The notes below the pieces were generated by a model. The model was not told where the DNA came from and made no database searches. It saw only the letters and a program-made list of their open reading frames with translations. From positions 64,001-128,000 of the forward strand of contig JAUVNS010000010.1 in the NCBI GenBank assembly GCA_030599585.1: a stretch of 64,000 bases of DNA, given 5' to 3'. This DNA comes from Promethearchaeota archaeon. GTDB taxonomy: Archaea; Asgardarchaeota; Lokiarchaeia; Sigyniarchaeales; SOKP01. The translations under genes were made by a program, and so were the position numbers. Shown one piece after another: positions 47,708 through 59,100 of this stretch (position 1 is its first letter; every line of letters starts with the position of its first letter).

Positions 47708-49897
47708 ATGCCGCGTCGGAAGGAGATTTCAGAAATTCTGAATATGATGGAAAAAACGCAAAATATTAGAAACATTGGATTTGTTGGACATATAGATCAC
47801 GGAAAGACAACGCTTTCTGATTCGCTTTTGAGTGAGGCAGGATTATTGTCACCCGATTTAGCAGGTGAAGCACGCGCTCTTGATTATTTAGAGGAAGAAC
47901 AAGCTAGGGGGATTACGATGAAATCTACTAATATTTCATTATACTACGAGAAATCATTGAAAGATCATGAACCATTTCTAATAAACCTCGTAGATACGCC
48001 TGGACATTTAGATTTCAGTGGAAAGGTGACTCGCGCTCTAAGATTAATAGATGGGGTTGTAGTAGTTGTTGATGCTGTTGAAGAGATAATAACTCAATCA
48101 GAGACTGTGATTAAACAAGCTCTACAGGAAGGTGTAAAACCAGTACTTTATATCAATAAAGTAGATCGCCTCATCCGAGAGTTAAAGCTAACAGATGAAC
48201 AAATAAGAAAAAAATATACAAGAATTATTAAAGATTTTAATACATTAATTAAAAGACACGCAGATAAACCCTTTAAAAAAGAGTGGCAAGTATCTCCTGC
48301 GGATGGAAACGTAGCATTCGGCTCAGCGCTCCACAAATGGGGTTTTACATTAAGTATTTTAGAAAATAACGAGTTAAAATTTTCTGATATTAGATCTCGT
48401 TATCAGAAAGAAACTTACACCAAAGAGGGTTATGCTGACTTAGCAGTCTATTTTCCAATACATAACGCCATATTGGAAATGGTAGTTGACCATCTCCCCA
48501 ATCCTAAAGAAGCACAAACCTATAGAATCGGAAAGATCTGGGAGGGCGATTTAGAGTCGGAAATTGGAAAGGCTATGGTAAATTGTGATCCTAAAGGACC
48601 TACAATTATTTGTTTAAGCAAGGTACAAGTAGATAAACATATTTTGATAGGAACGGGCAGGATTTTTTCCGGAATGTGCTCAATGAAAGAAGATATTTTC
48701 TTGGTAAGAGAAAACAGTTACGATACAATCCGAAGGACAGCTCTCTTTATGGGACAAAGAAGGGAGCAAGTCGAACAAATACCTGTCGGTAACATTGTAG
48801 CAGTTGAAGGATTAAAGCGATTGCAAAGCGGTGAAACAATAATCGACAAAGACTTTGCCAATTTAATGGTTCCGTTTGAAGAGGTTAAATACATATCTAC
48901 TCCTGTAGTAACCGTTTCAATCGAGCCGGAGTATTTACGAGAACTTGATAAAATGAAGGAACTAATTGAAAACTTATTAATAGAAGACCCAAACCTTAAA
49001 TTTGAAATTAACGAGGAAAACGGCGAATTCTTGCTTTCGGGAGTTGGACCGCTACATCTTGAAATCACAGCAAATGAAATAGAAAAACGTGGTATAAATG
49101 TTTCTATTTCAGAACCACGAGCTGTATTCAAAGAATCTTGTAAGTATGATTCTTCCCTTGTCTCTGTAAAATCGCAAAATAGCAGGAATTCTCTTCAACT
49201 GAAAATTGAAAGAATAAAGGACAAGACTTCGAGGTTTTTACAAACTCATGATTTAGCAGCAATTAAACCTAAGGCGAGATTGAAAGAATTATTTGGGGAA
49301 CATACAGAATTAACGTTAGAAGAAATACAAAACTTCTGGAGGTATTTTGAAAATGACAACCTGTTTTTTTATAAAACGGAAGAAGATCTTGCCCCCACTT
49401 ATAAAGAAATTATAGAAGAAATTGTTGGTAAGATCCTTTCAAACGGATTTTTATGTGGTGAAAAAATTACTGGAATTAAAGTTAAAATTAGCGAGTTGAA
49501 CATAGATGAGCTTAATGAAGAAAACGCTTATACAGAATTATCCGCATTGTTCTACGAGGCCATCAAAAAAGGTTTAAACCAAGCAGAAATAATCCTTCTT
49601 GAGCCGATATATCTCACAATTATTCAATTACCCCCTGATTATGTAAAAAATGCGCTTTCTTTAGCTTCAAAGTATTCTGCTAAAATAAAGGATGTTAATC
49701 AAGAAAAGGATTATCAGGCTATTATTGAGATGTTACTCCCAGTAAGGAATTCGATAAAGTTTGCTGAAGATATTCGATCGTCTACTTCAGGAAAAGCATT
49801 TTGGCAGAATGAGTTTTATGCTTTCATGGAGGTTCCTAATCACGAAGCTAAACTAATTATAAATGATCTGCGCTTTATGAAAGGTATATCTTGGTAA
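47708..49897 (+). CDS. elongation factor 2 paralog (aEF-2p-like; no diphthamide motif)
   Basis: GHIDHGKT, RGIT, DTPGH, NKVD, EDP, G.LHLE, LLEP; the domain IV HRG motif is replaced by the acidic IDELNEENAYTE. Confidence 0.88.
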   Translation: MPRRKEISEILNMMEKTQNIRNIGFVGHIDHGKTTLSDSLLSEAGLLSPDLAGEARALDYLEEEQARGITMKSTNISLYYEKSLKDHEPFLINLVDTPGHLDFSGKVTRALRLIDGVVVVVDAVEEIITQSETVIKQALQEGVKPVLYINKVDRLIRELKLTDEQIRKKYTRIIKDFNTLIKRHADKPFKKEWQVSPADGNVAFGSALHKWGFTLSILENNELKFSDIRSRYQKETYTKEGYADLAVYFPIHNAILEMVVDHLPNPKEAQTYRIGKIWEGDLESEIGKAMVNCDPKGPTIICLSKVQVDKHILIGTGRIFSGMCSMKEDIFLVRENSYDTIRRTALFMGQRREQVEQIPVGNIVAVEGLKRLQSGETIIDKDFANLMVPFEEVKYISTPVVTVSIEPEYLRELDKMKELIENLLIEDPNLKFEINEENGEFLLSGVGPLHLEITANEIEKRGINVSISEPRAVFKESCKYDSSLVSVKSQNSRNSLQLKIERIKDKTSRFLQTHDLAAIKPKARLKELFGEHTELTLEEIQNFWRYFENDNLFFYKTEEDLAPTYKEIIEEIVGKILSNGFLCGEKITGIKVKISELNIDELNEENAYTELSALFYEAIKKGLNQAEIILLEPIYLTIIQLPPDYVKNALSLASKYSAKIKDVNQEKDYQAIIEMLLPVRNSIKFAEDIRSSTSGKAFWQNEFYAFMEVPNHEAKLIINDLRFMKGISW

Positions 49898-50018
49898 GAA
49901 TTGATGTGAATTATAAAATTATTTGGTAATTGCGAAAAATCCACCCTCTATCATAGATTAATAATTATCTATTTACTAAATTTTATAAGCCCTTACAAGA
50001 TTATAAGTATGAAAGAAT

Positions 50019-50648
50019 ATGAGTAGTTTAAAAGAAACGATTCTAGTGAATATGATATGTCCATACTGTAAATTTAGTTTTAGAAAAAAAGTTGAATATC
50101 AAAAAAAGAGTGGCCTTTTCTCAATATTAATAAAAAACCACCATAAAAGTGATAATTGTCCACCTTTCATAGCATTCATAGATAGTCAGGGAAAGCATAG
50201 GGGTTCTCAAAAAATTGATAAAGTTGAATTAGAGTCCTCTATAAGCGATGAAATGCTTGAAAACGCTCGAAAAAGTATAAACGAATTAGAAAATACTTTA
50301 AGATTTTTTCATTTAAAGGTGCCTCGAATAGCTGGAATAGGTTTTGACCATAAAGTAGCTAATGTAAATGATAGAGCGTTTATGAGCTCAAATTCTTATA
50401 TTGATTTAATGCGTTTCTTAACGACATACGAAGGTAGCAATACTTTTGGGATAATAGCTTATGGTGACGATATTAATATTGAAGGGCGTATAGTAATTTA
50501 CGGAAAATATCTTGGAATGATTTATGTCCTTCTTTGGAAAGATCAAAAAACTATTCAAAATAAATCTTTTGATGAATTAAAAGGATTAGCAAACCTCACA
50601 GTAGAAAATTTAATAGGGATCTACGATTTAGCAGATTTCTTCTATTAA
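50019..50648 (+). CDS. hypothetical protein with N-terminal Zn-binding motif
   Basis: CPYC...H.....C..F.AFID..G..RG. Confidence 0.65.
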   Translation: MSSLKETILVNMICPYCKFSFRKKVEYQKKSGLFSILIKNHHKSDNCPPFIAFIDSQGKHRGSQKIDKVELESSISDEMLENARKSINELENTLRFFHLKVPRIAGIGFDHKVANVNDRAFMSSNSYIDLMRFLTTYEGSNTFGIIAYGDDINIEGRIVIYGKYLGMIYVLLWKDQKTIQNKSFDELKGLANLTVENLIGIYDLADFFY

Positions 50649-50812
50649 TCCCTTTCCAATTTCAATTTCAAATTAATTCGGTTCTGTAAAAAACTATTGA
50701 AACTATCATAGATATATTAATATTCTGCTAATTACATGAAACGTATTCTTTTAGTATATACTACACAAATTATAAAAGACGACTTAGTTCTTTTTAACTA
50801 TAACTACTTCCC

Positions 50813-51490
50813 CTCAAAATTATAAAAAATACTAATTAGACTTACTACAATCTTTTTGTTCAATTTTATTAAATTAGAAATGAATTTTGTACAATTAAAA
50901 ACTTTATTTGACAAAAAAGACTAATTTCCTTCATATTTTTATGAATAGTTATTTGTTAATTGTTTGATTGATCAAAATTATTAAATAATATATACCCAAT
51001 TAATTTTTTGTCTAAAAGAGAAAAATGATATTTAATTTTCTTTTTAATATCTCCGAGTTGAGGTTTAAAAATGGTTGTAAGCGATCTAAAAGTGGGAGAA
51101 AATTCTTTTCGTAGTCTTGCTGAAAATCTACCGGGAATAGTTTATAGAGTTTTAATTGAGGACGACAATCGAACGATATTCTTTAATGATATGGTTCAAA
51201 CCATGACTGGCTATAATCCTGAGGATTTGAAGAAAGGAAAAGTTTGTTCTATTGACCCGTTAATTTTACCTGAAGATAGATTACATGTAATAAACATTGT
51301 TAAAGATGCTATAGAAAAGAATGCTCCGTTTGAAGTAGAATACCGCATAAATAACAAAAGTGGAGAATTGAAATGGTTTTTTGAAAGCGGTAGACCTATC
51401 AGAGGCCATAATGGAAATCCTTCCTATATCGACGGTGTTATTTTCGATATTTCTGAGCGAAAGGAGACAGAAAAAAAGTTAAAATCTTCT
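50813..51490 (+). repeat. duplicated upstream region plus first PAS module, copy 1 (copy 2 at about 55930-56609)
   Basis: ctcaaaattataaaaaatactaattagacttactacaatc... continues near-identically through the RBS and PAS1 in both kinase genes. Confidence 0.9.
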
Positions 51491-54400
51491 GAGGAAACTT
51501 TAAAACAAATGAGTAAAGAATTAGAACAGAGATTAGGGGAAAGAGTGATCGGATTAAGAAAATCTGAAAAAAAATTTAAGACGATCTTTGATGAATCTCC
51601 AATCGGTATTGAGCTCTATGATTCGAATGGAAAGTTGGTGGACACCAATGAATCGTGTTTAGACATATTTGGAGTGTCAAGTATAAATGATGTTCGTGGT
51701 TTTGAGTTGTTTAAAGATCCTAATATCCCTAAAGAGTATTTAAAAAAACTAAAAAAGGGACAAGTTATAAGACTTGAAATTCTTTTTGATTTTGATTTAG
51801 TTAAAGAGTTAAATTTATATAAAACAACGAAATCAGGAAAAATTTGGATTGATTTATTAATTTCGCCTCTACACCTTGAGGAAAATAATACAATTAGTAA
51901 TTTTTTAGTACAAATACAAGACATAACTGAAAAAAAAATAGCAGAGCAAAAATTAAAAGCTTTAAATAAAGAACTAGATAATAGGGTTCACGAGCGAACA
52001 AAACAATTAAAAAAATCCGAAGAACAACATAATATCTTAAGTACCGAATTGGAAACGATTTTAGATCATTATCCCGGTTTAGCTTTTTATAAAGATACGA
52101 AGAATAACTTTATACGCATAAATCAAAATGTAGTTGATTATTATAATAGTGATTCCGCTAGTGTAAAGGCTAATTTAACCAAGGAAGATATCGAGGGCAA
52201 AAACCTCTCTGATCTCTTACCGAAAGTTATAGCACAAGCATATTGGGACGATGATTTAGAAGTAATTAAGAGTGGAACTCCAAAATTAAACATAGAAAAG
52301 TCTTATAAAACAGAACACGGGATTAAATGGCTCAACTCAAATAAGATTCCGTACTTTAATGAAAATGGTGAAATTAGAGGGATTATTGGATTCTCCATAG
52401 ATATCACTGAGAGTAAGAAAGCGGAACAAAAAATCATTCAAGAAAGGGAAAAAGCAAACCTATATTTAAATGTGGTAGAGGTGATTCTTGTTGCACTTGA
52501 TAGAGATGGAAAAATTACTTTGATAAATAAAAAAGGTCATGAATTACTTGGATACAATGAGGGTGAGCTAATTGGAAAAAATTGGTTTGAAGTATGTCTT
52601 CCTCCACATGACAGAGAAAGAGTGTACGAATATTTCAAGAAGTTAATGGTTGGAGAATTAAAAGTCGTAAAATTTTATGAAAATTCTGTTTGGACAAAGA
52701 ATGGAGAAGGAAGGTTAATTTCATGGTCAACGGTTTTATTTAAAGATGAAAATGAAAATATAACAGGACTTCTAAGTTCAGGAGTAGATATAACAGAACG
52801 GGCGATAACTGAGCAGAAATTAATAGAATCAGAAGCGAGTTATAGGTATCTTTCAAACGAATTAGGGGTTATTTTGGATCATCTACCTGGAGTAGTAGTA
52901 TATAAGGATACGGAGAATAACATTCTTAGAGTAAATAAATTTTTAGCAGACGCTCATAATGTAAAAAAGACAGATATGGAGAATCGCAGTTCGTTTGATT
53001 TTTATCCTAGAGACGTAGCACAAGCTTATTGGGAAGATGATTTAGAAGTAATAAATAGTAAAAAACCAAAAATAAACATCGTAGAACCTTGGGAAACCGA
53101 TGCGGGTAAAAGATGGGTAAATACAAGCAAAATACCCTATATTGATGAAAATGGTAATGTTAAGGGAATTATAGCTATAGCGTTTGATGTTACTGAGCGT
53201 ATGCTAGCTGAACAAAAATTAAAAGAATCGGAAGAAAAATTTAGAAAACAAAATGTATTTCTTAACAATATTTTAAAATCGCTTACGCATCCGTTCTATG
53301 TGATAAATGTTAAGGATTATAAGGTTGTATTAGCTAATTCTGCCGCCTCTTCTGAGGGTTTAGTATATGGAAATCATTGTTATAGCCTTACCCATAATCG
53401 CGGTACGCCTTGTGCAGCGCCCTGCATATGTCCACTTGATGAAGTAAAAAAAACTAAAAAAACTTGCGTAGTAGAGCATACACATTACGATAAAGAAGGA
53501 AATGAGAAAATATATGAAATTTACGGATATCCAATTTTAGATGAGAATGGAAATGTCGTTCAAATGATAGAATATGCATTAAACATTACTCCTCGAAAGA
53601 TTGCGCAACAGGCATTAAAAAAATCTGAAATAAAATATAGACATTTATTTGAAAATAGCCCTTATTACATAATTTTACTAGATAAGAATGGAAATTTTAT
53701 AGATTGTAATAATAGTACTGTAGACATTTATGGATTTCCTAAAGAAGATTTCTCTGGAAAAAATTTTAAAGAAATGCCAATAATTCCTCCTGATATTTAT
53801 CCATTATTAGAGAATATAATGAAATTACTGTTTAAAGGAGAAATTCCTCCACCAATAGAGTTTAAACCTATTACAAAAGATGGAAAAATAATTTGGATAA
53901 ATTCACAGGCATCTTTAATTAAATTAGACAATGAGTTTTTTATATATATTATTGGTCAAGATATCACGGAAAGAAAAAAAACAGAGCTAAAAATAAAAGA
54001 ATCTGAAGAAAGCTATAAAGCTTTAGCCCATCAATGGCGAACAACATTCGATGCCATGAGTGAATGCGTCTATCTACTAGACTTAGAATGTAATATTATC
54101 CAGTGTAATAAAGCTACATTGGAATTCTTAGGAAAGAAGGATTATGACGAAATAATTGGACATTCGTGTTGTGAGATTATTCATGGTACAATCGAACCAG
54201 TAGAATGGTGTCCAATGGCGCGTATGATTGAGAGCAGTCATAAAGAATCCTCTGTTGTTCAAATAGGAGATAGATACTATGAAATCTCACTTGATCCCGT
54301 TATTAATGACGAAGGAACCATCATTGGAGCAGTACATATTATAAAAGATATTACAGAACGTAAAAAAGTGGAACGAGAGTTAATAGAATCTGAAGAAAGA

Positions 54401-55852
54401 TTTAAAACTCTATTTGAAGTTGCTCCTGCTTCCATTGTTTATTCTGATTTAAATGCAAACATCTTATTTTGTAATAAGCAATTTTTGAAACTCCATGGAA
54501 TTAAAAGACCAGAAATGATTAACAGAACAAATATTACTAAATTCTTTTCAAAACAAGATTTACCGAAATTGAAGATTGAGCTTCAAAAATCAATCGAGGG
54601 AAGAGCTCCAGGTCCTACAGAATATATAATGCTTAAAGAAGATGGAACTGAATTTCTAGCTGAAGCGAGTAGTATCGCAGTCCGAGATAAAAATGGAATA
54701 ACTGTAGGTTTGATTGGAGTAGCCCAAGATATCACTGAGCGTAAGAAAGCGGAACAACAATTAAAAGAATCAGAAGAAAAATTCAGAACTATTGCTGAAC
54801 GAACTTTCATGGGCATATTAATCATACAAGATGATCGTGTCAAATACGCAAACGAAGCTTTATTAAGAATGTTTGAATACTCTCAAAAAGATATAGTAAA
54901 TTGGAAAATGGATGATCTAACTAAACTGATTGATTCTGATGATTTATTATTCCTTAGAGAATACCGTGAGCACCTAAGAAGTGGTGATAAAAATTTTAAA
55001 CCATACTATTCTTATAAAGTGTTTACTAAATCCGGTAAAATAAAATGGATTGATCAATTTTCGAAAGAGATGCTTTATAAAGGAAGGCTAGCAGAACTTG
55101 TTACTATAATGGATATTACTGAAAAAAAGGAAGCAGAAAAAGAATTAATAAAATTAAATAACATGAAATCTGAATTACTAAGGAGAACATCTCACGAATT
55201 AAAGACGCCCTTGGTTTCTATTAAAGGATTTTCTGACCTTTTATTAGAATTGCATAGGGGCAAACTCGATGATTATGTGATAAGAACACTTGAACAAATT
55301 AGAACGGGATGTAATCGCCTTGAATCTCTCGTTAACGACATTTTAAAAACCGCAGAATTAGAATCTGGAACAGTTGCGTTAAAAAAATCAAAGGAGGATT
55401 TATCTCTCTTAATAAAGATAGGTGTGAATGATTTAGAAGGATTGTCAGAGTTGAGAAATCATACAATAAATCTCGAGATATCAGATAATTTAATTTGTTC
55501 TATTGAAAAAGAACAAGTATACAACGTTATTACTAACATTTTAAATAATGCTATAAAATTCACGCCCTCCAATGGAAAAATGGAGGTCAAATCAGAAATT
55601 AATAATGATTTTATTATAATTTCAATAAAGGATAACGGGATTGGTTTTACAAAGGAAGAAAAAACTCAGATATTTAAGCAATTTGGAAAAATTGAACGTT
55701 ATGGTCAGGGATATGATGTAATTTCTGAGGGGTCAGGATTAGGCTTATATATATCAAAAAAAATTATAGAAATGCATGGTGGAGAGATTTGGCTCGAATC
55801 TGAAGGGAGGGATAAAGGTTCTACTTTTTATTTTTCACTTCCTATAAATTAA
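51071..55852 (+). CDS. soluble sensor histidine kinase with 10 PAS domains
   Basis: Ten DIT-type PAS/PAC ends with E..L..SE linkers; SHELKTPL, NAIKF, D.G.G, GSGLGL; no TM segment. Confidence 0.93.
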   Translation: MVVSDLKVGENSFRSLAENLPGIVYRVLIEDDNRTIFFNDMVQTMTGYNPEDLKKGKVCSIDPLILPEDRLHVINIVKDAIEKNAPFEVEYRINNKSGELKWFFESGRPIRGHNGNPSYIDGVIFDISERKETEKKLKSSEETLKQMSKELEQRLGERVIGLRKSEKKFKTIFDESPIGIELYDSNGKLVDTNESCLDIFGVSSINDVRGFELFKDPNIPKEYLKKLKKGQVIRLEILFDFDLVKELNLYKTTKSGKIWIDLLISPLHLEENNTISNFLVQIQDITEKKIAEQKLKALNKELDNRVHERTKQLKKSEEQHNILSTELETILDHYPGLAFYKDTKNNFIRINQNVVDYYNSDSASVKANLTKEDIEGKNLSDLLPKVIAQAYWDDDLEVIKSGTPKLNIEKSYKTEHGIKWLNSNKIPYFNENGEIRGIIGFSIDITESKKAEQKIIQEREKANLYLNVVEVILVALDRDGKITLINKKGHELLGYNEGELIGKNWFEVCLPPHDRERVYEYFKKLMVGELKVVKFYENSVWTKNGEGRLISWSTVLFKDENENITGLLSSGVDITERAITEQKLIESEASYRYLSNELGVILDHLPGVVVYKDTENNILRVNKFLADAHNVKKTDMENRSSFDFYPRDVAQAYWEDDLEVINSKKPKINIVEPWETDAGKRWVNTSKIPYIDENGNVKGIIAIAFDVTERMLAEQKLKESEEKFRKQNVFLNNILKSLTHPFYVINVKDYKVVLANSAASSEGLVYGNHCYSLTHNRGTPCAAPCICPLDEVKKTKKTCVVEHTHYDKEGNEKIYEIYGYPILDENGNVVQMIEYALNITPRKIAQQALKKSEIKYRHLFENSPYYIILLDKNGNFIDCNNSTVDIYGFPKEDFSGKNFKEMPIIPPDIYPLLENIMKLLFKGEIPPPIEFKPITKDGKIIWINSQASLIKLDNEFFIYIIGQDITERKKTELKIKESEESYKALAHQWRTTFDAMSECVYLLDLECNIIQCNKATLEFLGKKDYDEIIGHSCCEIIHGTIEPVEWCPMARMIESSHKESSVVQIGDRYYEISLDPVINDEGTIIGAVHIIKDITERKKVERELIESEERFKTLFEVAPASIVYSDLNANILFCNKQFLKLHGIKRPEMINRTNITKFFSKQDLPKLKIELQKSIEGRAPGPTEYIMLKEDGTEFLAEASSIAVRDKNGITVGLIGVAQDITERKKAEQQLKESEEKFRTIAERTFMGILIIQDDRVKYANEALLRMFEYSQKDIVNWKMDDLTKLIDSDDLLFLREYREHLRSGDKNFKPYYSYKVFTKSGKIKWIDQFSKEMLYKGRLAELVTIMDITEKKEAEKELIKLNNMKSELLRRTSHELKTPLVSIKGFSDLLLELHRGKLDDYVIRTLEQIRTGCNRLESLVNDILKTAELESGTVALKKSKEDLSLLIKIGVNDLEGLSELRNHTINLEISDNLICSIEKEQVYNVITNILNNAIKFTPSNGKMEVKSEINNDFIIISIKDNGIGFTKEEKTQIFKQFGKIERYGQGYDVISEGSGLGLYISKKIIEMHGGEIWLESEGRDKGSTFYFSLPIN
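53206..54394 (+). repeat. three-PAS block shared with kinase 2 (58454-59642)
   Basis: Equal-length ~1.19-kb segments with high nucleotide identity. Confidence 0.9.
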
Positions 55853-56189
55853 AAATCAATTTAAATGATCAGAAAGAATTTTAAAATCGGGGAAATTATC
55901 TTACTAACTCCTTTCCCCTCTAAACCTATCTCAAAATTATAAAAAATACTAATTAGACTTACTACAATCTTTTTGTTTAATTTTTTTAAATTAGAATTGA
56001 TTTTTGTACAATTAAACACTTTATTTGACAAAAAAGACTAAATTCCTTCATGTTTTTATGAATAGTTATTCGTTTAATTGTTTGCTTTATCAAAATTATT
56101 AAATATGATATGCTCAATTAATTTTTTGTCTAAAAGAGAAAAATGATAGTTAAATTTCTTTTTTTTTCTTACTAAGGTGAGGTTTGAAA

Positions 56190-59100
56190 ATGGTTGTAGA
56201 CAATTTAAATGAGGGAAAAAATTCTTTTCGTCGGCTTACTGAAAATCTACCAGGAATAGTTTATAGAGTTTTACTTGAGGACGACAATCGAGTAATATTC
56301 TTTAATGATATGGTTCATACCATGACTGGCTATAGTCCTGAGGAATTGAAGAAAGGAAAAGTTTGTTCTATTAGCCCGTTAATTTTGCCTGAAGATAAGG
56401 TACACGTAATAAACATTGTTAAAGATGCTATAGAAAATAATGTTCCGTTTGAAGTAGAGTACCGCATATATAATAAAAGTGGAGAATTAAAATGGTTTTT
56501 TGAGCGCGGTAGACCTATCAGAGGCGATAATGGAAATCCTTCCTATATTGACGGTGTTATTTTCGATATTACAAAGCAAAAGGAGGCAGAGAAAAAGTTA
56601 AAAGAATCCGAAGAAAAGTATAGATTACTATTTGAAAATGCTAATGATGGTATTTCTATTCTTGATCTTGAAGGTAATTTTTATGAGGTTAATAATCTAT
56701 ATTGCACGCGATTAGGATATACAAGAGAAGAAATATTAAAATCAAACATTAGGGATATTGATACTCAAGAATATGCTGATTTAGTATCAAATCGCATTTT
56801 AGATATAAGAGAGAAAGGATTTAATATTTTTGAATCAGCACATAGGGCAAAAGATGGCAGAATTATACCTGTTGAAATAAGTTCTAAAAGTATTCTATAC
56901 GATAATAAACCAACTATCCTTAGTATCGTTCGTGATATCACTGAGCGCAAGAAAATTGAGGAGGAATTACGAGAAAATGAAAAGCTTCTCAAAAATGCTC
57001 AAGAATTAGCACACATTGGTCATTGGAAACTTGATCCTTCAACTATGGAGGTGTCTGGTTCTGATGAGTTATTCAAAATTTTTGGTCTTACTCACGATGA
57101 GGCGTCACTTGAAAAATTTGTTGAGGTAGTCCACCCCGAAGATAGAGAAATGGACTTGTTTCACATAAGAAGAGGTATGGAAAAGGGTGAAAGTTGGGAT
57201 ATTGAACATCGTGTGATCTCTAAAGATGGTACAGAAAAATGGGTACACGCTTTAGGTGAAGCAATCAAAGATGATGACGATAAAGTTATCATGTTGATGG
57301 GTACTGTACAAGATATCACAGAGCGTAGGAAAATAATGGAAGAGCTTCGTATAAAAGATATTATTTTCAATGCTTCTCTTTCTGCACAAAGCACTACTGA
57401 TATAAATGGAATAATTAATCATGCAAACCCAGCATTTTTAGAAATGTGGGGTTATAAATCGAAAGAAGAAGCAATTGGAAATTCAGTTGGTAGTTTTTTC
57501 GCTAATCATAATGATGTTGTTCCTGTCTTTGAAGCACTTAGAGAGACGGGGAAGTGGGAAGGTGATTTTGTAGCGAAAAGATGTGATGGTTCGACATTTA
57601 TTTCACAAGGGTTTGCTTCAGCCATATATAATGAAAATGATGGTCAGATTGGATTTCAATCAACAAATCTTAATATTACAAAACGTAAAGAAGCTGAGCT
57701 AAAATTAAAAAATGAAACGGAAAAAGTGAAGAAATATCTGGGAATTGCTGGTGTAGTTATTTTAGCTCTTGATATTGAAGGGAACATAAATGTATTGAAT
57801 AAAAAAGGTTATAAACTACTTAAATACGAAGAAGGAGAACTCATAGGAAAAAATTGGTTTGAAACCTGTATTCCAATACATAACAGAAAAGATGTTTCCG
57901 GTGTTTTCGAAAGCTTAATGCGTAATGATATAGAACTAGTTGAATTTTATGAAAATTCTATTTTAACTAAAAGTGGCGAGGAAAAAATTATTGCATGGAA
58001 GAACACGATAATTCATGATGATAATGGGAAAATAATTGGAACACTCAGTTCGGGTGAAGATATAACTGAGCGAAAAAAAGCTGAACAAAAATTAAAAGAA
58101 TCCGAAGAAAAATTTAGATTATTATTTGAATCTATTGCGGACCCTATTCACATTATTGATGAAGATTTAAAGATTATTTACATGAATCCCGCTTTTGAAA
58201 GATGGTTAAAATCATTTAACCTGGATTTAAATATTATTGGAAAAAATCCCGTTGAAGCATGGCCCTTTATTGGGGAGAGGGTAAATGCTGAATATCAAAA
58301 AGTCTTTAAAACTAAAAAAATACACATCAAAGAAGATTGGGCTTATGCTGATGATAGATCCACATTTACCGAAACCAGAAAAATACCTATTCTCAAGTCT
58401 GGGAATGTTGTTCAAGTAATTACTATTATAAGAGATTTTTCTGACCGAAAAAAAGCTGAAGAAAAATTAAAAGAATCGGAAGAAAATTTTCGAAAACAAA
58501 ATGTGTTTCTTAATAATATTTTAGAATCACTTACGCATCCGTTATATGTGATAAATGTTAAGGATTACACGATAGCATTAGCTAATTCTACCGCCTCTTC
58601 TGAGGGATTAGAATATGGAAAATATTGTTATAGTCTTACTCATAATAATGATAAACCATGCGAAGCTCCCTGTATCTGTCCATTTAATGTAGTGAAAAAT
58701 ACTAAAAAAACTTGCGTAGTAGAACATACACATTACGATCAAGAGGGAAATGAGAAAATTTATGAAATTTACGGATATCCAATCCTAGATGAAAATGGAA
58801 ATGTTGTTCAAATGATAGAATATGCAATAAACATTACCGATCGCAAGATTGCACAACAAGAATTAAAAAAATCCGAAGAAAAATATAGACATTTATTTGA
58901 AAATAGCCCTTATTACATAATTTTACTAGATAAGGAGGGAATTTTTATTGATTGTAATAATACGACTGTAGACATTTATGGATATCCTAAAGAAGATTTC
59001 TATGGAAAAAACTTTAAAGAAATGCCAATAATTCCCCCTGATCTTTTACCATTATTAGAAAATGTAATGGAATTACTGTTTAAAGGAGAAATGCCTCCAC

